A stretch of 64,000 nt of DNA, from positions 47,678,001 to 47,742,000 of the forward strand of contig NC_043003.1 of NCBI RefSeq assembly GCF_006345805.1. The letters run 5' to 3'. Shown one piece after another: positions 59,121 through 64,000 of this stretch. Position 1 is the stretch's first letter; each line of letters starts with the position of its first letter. This DNA is from Octopus sinensis (Eukaryota). A model generated the notes under the pieces. The model ran no database searches and was not told the origin of the DNA. It saw nothing but the letters and a program-made list of their open reading frames with translations. Both the position numbers and the translations under genes were made by a program.

Positions 59121-62100
59121 CTGAAAGGCAGATCTGGTGAGATCGTCGAATTGCTTGAACAGAGGTGTGTAGATATATGCTGTATTCAAGAGGTGAGGTG
59201 GAGAGGAGGTTCTGCTAGGTTCCTCACGGGTAAAGGACAGAGGTATAAAATTTTCTGGGCTGGGAATACTGAAGGAGTCGGGGGAGTGGGTATGCTTATT
59301 GCCGAAAAATGGGTAGATAAGGTTATCGAGGTAGTCAGAGTATGTGACAGAATATTGAAGATTAGATTAGTGCTCCATCATAGTTTAGCAACTATTATAT
59401 CGGCCTATGCCCCTCAGCCAGGGTTACCCGATGGGCAGAAAGACCGTTTCTATGACACCCTACTGCAGACCACCTCATTGACGAACAACAGGGACCTTCT
59501 CTTTGTGGCTGGTGACTTCAATGGGCATGTTGGACGATATGCTGAGGGCTTCTATGGCGTTCATGGAGGCTATGGTTATGGTTCTCGCAATGAGGAGGAA
59601 CCAGGCTGCTGGAGTTCTGTGATGCGAATAGTCTTATGGTTTGCAACACTAACTTCAGGAAACCAACAAGCCACTTGGTCACCTACCGTTCGGGCCAGCA
59701 TACTAGCCAAATCGACTACATCCTTGCCAGAAAAAGGGAAAGATGGCTGCTTATGAATGCCAAAACCTTCCCAGGCGAAGAATGTACCCCACAACATAGA
59801 ATGGTAGTCAGTGACTTTAGGATCAGGACTAAGAGGACGACGAGAAGACGACCAGCATGGAGAAGAAGGGTCTGGAAGCTTAAAGACCCTGCTAATGGAC
59901 AGAGATTTAGAGACATGTTACTTGAAGCCTTCGACGAAATAGAAGGGGGCATAGCTACACATGGGGTAGAAGATAACTGGGCGCTTCTAAGGGACAACCT
60001 GCTGAAAGCCACTGACCAGATCTGTGGCTGGTGCAAAGTCCCCACAAGACCCAAAATAACGTGGTGGTGGAACAATACTGTTGACAGGGCTATTAGACAA
60101 AAGAAACAGGCTTGGAAGGACTGGAAGAACGGTGGTAGCAGGGAAGTGTATCAGACTGCAAGAAGGGAAGCTAGGAGGCAGGTTTATTTAGCCAGAGGGG
60201 AAGCAGATAGGAAAAAATTTGCCAATGTCCTGCGCCGTGAGGATGAAAGACTTGAGGTATTTCGTATAGCAAGACAGTGTGTGAGAGAGAATCGTGACGT
60301 GGTAGGAGAAAAATGTGTTCGCACGGATGACGGCTCACTTGCGCTAAATGAGGATGCAAAGAGAGAGGTTTAGAGAAGCCACTATGAAAGGTTGCTGAAT
60401 GAGGAAAATGAATGGGATAAAGAGAGTCTGCCAAATGTTGACCCAACAGAGGGACCAGCTATCCGAGTTGACAGTTCCTTAGTAGATAAGGCAATTAAAA
60501 GCATGAAAACAGGGAAAGCCCCAGGCCCATCAGGAATTACTGCAGAGATGCTCAAAATATCTGGTAGTGTCGGCTATAGCCTAGTCACCCGTATAGTTAA
60601 CCAGGTGATACACGAAGGAGTCATTCCCAATGACTGGTGTAGCAGCATAATAGTCAGCTGCTACAAAGGTAAAGGTGACGCCCTAGATACAAATAGCTAC
60701 AGGGGTATCAAGCTGCTGGATCAGGTAATGAAGGTTACGGAGAGGGTTATAGCCCAACTAATTAGAAAGAGAGTTAGCCTAGATCAGATGCAGTTTGGGT
60801 TCGTGCCAGGGAAAAGTACTACTGATGCTATTTTCATGGTAAGACAGCTGCAAGAGAAATACCTAGCCAAAGACAAGCCCCTATACCTGGCTTTTGTTGA
60901 TATGGAGAAAGCCTTCGACAGGGTCCCCCGATTCCTCATCTGGTGGTCAATGAGGAAACTAGGGATAGATGAATGGTTAGTGAAAGCTGTACAAGCCATG
61001 TACAGAGACACTGCTAGTAAGGTGAGGGTTGGCACCGAGTACAGTGAAGAATTCAGGGTAGAGGTTGGGGTCCACCAAGGTTCAGTCCTCAGTCCCCTCC
61101 TATTTATCATAGTCCTCCAGGCAATAACAGAGGAATTCAAGACAGGATGCCCCTGGGAGCTCCTCTATGCTGATGACCTTGCTCTAATTGCTGAGTCTCT
61201 ATCAGAACTAGAGGAGAAGTTTCAGGTATGGAAACAAGGTTTAGAATCGAAGGGCCTTAGCATCAACCTAGCCAAAACCAAAGTCCTAATAAGTAGGAAG
61301 GTAGACCAATCACAAACGCCTTCAGGTAGATGGCCCTGCTCGATCTGTAGAAAAGGTGTAGGTAGAAACTCTATAAGATGTACCAAGTGTAAGCTATGGA
61401 CACATAAGAGGTGCAGCAATGTCAAAGGAAGGCTAACTAGGAAGATGGTTTTTGTATGTGGCAGATGCTCAGGAACAATTAACACTGAAAATGCTCTGAG
61501 ACCAACTTCCGTCACTTTCCAGGGAGAAAAGCTAGAAGTAGTTGATAGTTTCCGTTACCTAGGTGACCAAGTCAGTAGCGGGGGCGGGTGCGCTGAAAGT
61601 ATAACTGCTAGAGTAAGAATAGCCTGGGCAAAGTTTAGAGAGCTCTTACCCCTGCTGGTGACAAAAGGCCTCTCGCTCAAAGTAAAAGGCAGACTGTATG
61701 ATGCATGTGTACGTACAGCCATGCTACATGGTAGTGAAACTTGGGCTGTGACTGCTGAGGATTTGCGTAAGCTCGCAAGAAATGAAGCTAGTATGCTCCG
61801 ATGGATGTGTAACGTCAGTGTTCATAATCGACAGAGTGTAAGTACCTTGAGAGAAAAGTTGAACCTAAGAAGCATCAGTTGTTGTGTGCAAGAGAGACGT
61901 ATGCGCTGGTATGGTCATGTGATGAGAATGGCTGAAGATAGTTGTGTGCGAAAGTGCCACATCCTGGCAGTTGAGGGGACCTGTGGCAGAGGTAGACCCA
62001 GGAAAACCTGGGTCGAGGCAGTGAAGCACGACCTTCGAACTTTATGTCTCACCAAGGAAATGACCAGTGACCGAGACCTTTGGAGGTATGCTGTGCGTGA

Positions 62101-62350
62101 GAAAACCCGGCAAGACCAGTGAGAACAGTCAAAATCAAGATCAAACCAAATTGAGGTCGATCAACATCAGGGCCCCCGTGCAGGTGACACGTAAAAGTAC
62201 CATCCGTTCGTAGCCGTTTGCCAGCCCTGTCTGGTCCCCGTGTAGGTGGCACGTAAAAGCACCATCCGTTCGTGTTCATTGCCAGCCTGGCCTGGCCTGG
62301 CCCCCGTGCCGGTGACACGTAAAAGCACCATCCGTGACACGTAAAAGCAC
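59121..62350 (+). mobile_element. Near full-length RTE LINE (APE, RT with PHD insert, 3' UTR), two inactivating lesions
   Basis: [56 protein letters not shown] and WYGHV. One-base deletion near 59597 and TGG>TAG at 60371-60373. Stop at 62122. Starts at a (TA)n tract. Confidence 0.97.
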
Positions 62351-62397
62351 ATACATATATATAAATATGCATATATACATACATATACATACATACA

Positions 62398-64000
62398 TAG
62401 GAGAGAAATGTGTTCGCATGGAGGATGGTTCACTTGCGCTAAATGAGGATGCAAAGAGAGAAGCTTGGAGACGCCACTATGAAAGGTTACTGAATGAGGA
62501 AAATGAATGGGATAAAGAGAGTCTGCCGAATGTTGACCCTACAGAGGGACCAGCTATCCGAGTTGATAGTTCCGTGGTAGCTAAGGCAATTAGAAGCATG
62601 AAGACAGGGAAAGCCCCAGGCCCATCAGGAATTACTGCAGAGATGCTCAAAATATCTGGCAGTGTCGGCTATAACCTAGTCACCCGTATAGTCAACCAGG
62701 TGATACACGAAGGAGTCATACCCAATGACTGGTGCAGCAGCATACTAGTCAACTGCTACAAAGGTAAAGGTGATGCCCTAGATACAAATAATTACAGAGG
62801 TATCAAGCTGTTGGATCAAGTAATGAAGGTTACGGAGAGGGTCATAGCCCAACTAATTAGAGAGAGAGTTAGTTTAGATGAGATGCAGTTTGGGTTCGTG
62901 CCAGGAAAAAGTACCACTGATGCTATATTCCTGGTAAGGCAGCTGCAGGAGAAATACCTAGCCAAAGATAAGCCCCTGTACCTGGCTTTCGTTGACATGG
63001 AGAAAGCTTTTGATAGGGTCCCCCGATCCCTTATCTGGTGGTCAATGAGGAAACTAGGGATAGATGAATGGCTGGTGAGGACTGTGCAAGCCATGTACAG
63101 AGATGCCGTAAGTAAGGTTAGGGTTGGCAACACGTACACAGAAGAATTCAAAGTAGAGGTTGGGGTCCACCAGGGTTCAGTACTCAGCCCCCTCCTATTT
63201 ATCATAGTACTCCAGGCAATTACGGAGGAATTCAAGACAGGCTGTCCCTGGGAGCTCCTCTACGCTGACGACCTTGCTCTTATTGCTGAGTCACTATCAG
63301 AACTGGAGGAGAAGTTCCAGGTGTGGAAGGAGGGTTTAGAATCAAGGGGCCTTAGAGTCAACCTAGCTAAAACCAAAGTACTAATAAGTAGAAAGGTAGA
63401 CAATCCACAAATATCTTCAGGAAGATGGCCCTGCTCGATCTGTAGAAAAGGTGTAGGTAGAAACTCTATAAGATGTACCCAGTGTAAGCTATGGACACAT
63501 AAGAGGTGCAGCAATGTCAAAGGTAGGCTAACTGGGAAGATAGTTTTTGTATGTGGCAGATGCTCGGGAGCATTAACCTCCGAAAATCTGCAGAAAACAA
63601 CTTCCGTCACTTTCCAGGGGGAAAAACTAGAAGTAGTTGATAGCTTCCGTTATCTAGGTGACCAAGTCAGTAGTGGGGGTGGGTGCGCTGAAAGTGTAAC
63701 TGCTAGAATAAGAATAGCCTGGGCAAAGTTTAGGGAGCTCTTACCTCTGCTGGTGACTAAAGGCCTCTCGCTCAGAGTAAAAGGCAGACTGTATGATGCG
63801 TGTGTACGAACAGCCATGCTACATGGCAGCGAAACATGGGCTGTGACTGCTGAGGACATGCGTAAGCTCGTGAGGAATGAAGCCAGTATGCTCCGATGGA
63901 TGTGTAATGTCAGTGTACATACTCGACAGAGCGTTAGCACCTTGAGAGAAATGTTGTACCTAAGAAGCATCAGTTGTGGTGTGCAAGAGAGACGATTGCG
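62398..64000 (+). mobile_element. Second, 5'-truncated RTE LINE with an uninterrupted RT reading frame to the window edge
   Basis: The frame from 62400 is open to 63998 (about 533 codons by manual reading) with the same motifs as the upstream copy. It is absent from the ORF track because no stop falls inside the window. Confidence 0.95.

Overview
AT-rich, repeat-dense animal genomic DNA. The SINE/LINE repertoire and microsatellite load look like a coleoid cephalopod, probably Octopus; that is my inference from recognising the repeats, not a database result. One host gene is recognisable: an SLC15A4-like proton-coupled oligopeptide transporter (POT/PTR2 family) on the + strand, from the ATG at 15885 to the stop at 55784. 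It has seven distinct GT-AG exons with consistent phases, but it looks damaged. Exon 2 lies inside a near-perfect 2063-bp tandem duplication and both copies carry the same in-frame TAA. The exon that should encode TM3-TM4 could not be found, which leaves a phase mismatch. The conserved PTR2 Asn is replaced by His. The rest of the window is transposon-derived: RTE LINEs (one near full-length, one with an open ORF running off the window, both with a PHD-type finger inside the RT), R4/Dong-like RLE retroelements sitting in (TAA)n tracts, Ty3/Gypsy pol remnants, pogo, maT/Tc1, mariner and piggyBac-like DNA elements, Helentron-like short elements and several tRNA-derived SINE families. The most unusual signal is RNA-structural. 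About nine type I hammerhead-ribozyme-like motifs occur in four to five different small elements. These include a fully palindromic composite of two head-to-head tRNA-like Pol III heads, (TAA)n spacers and hammerhead-bearing arms, present twice, plus several long foldback hairpins inside the gene's introns. Repeat boundaries are approximate unless junction bases are quoted.
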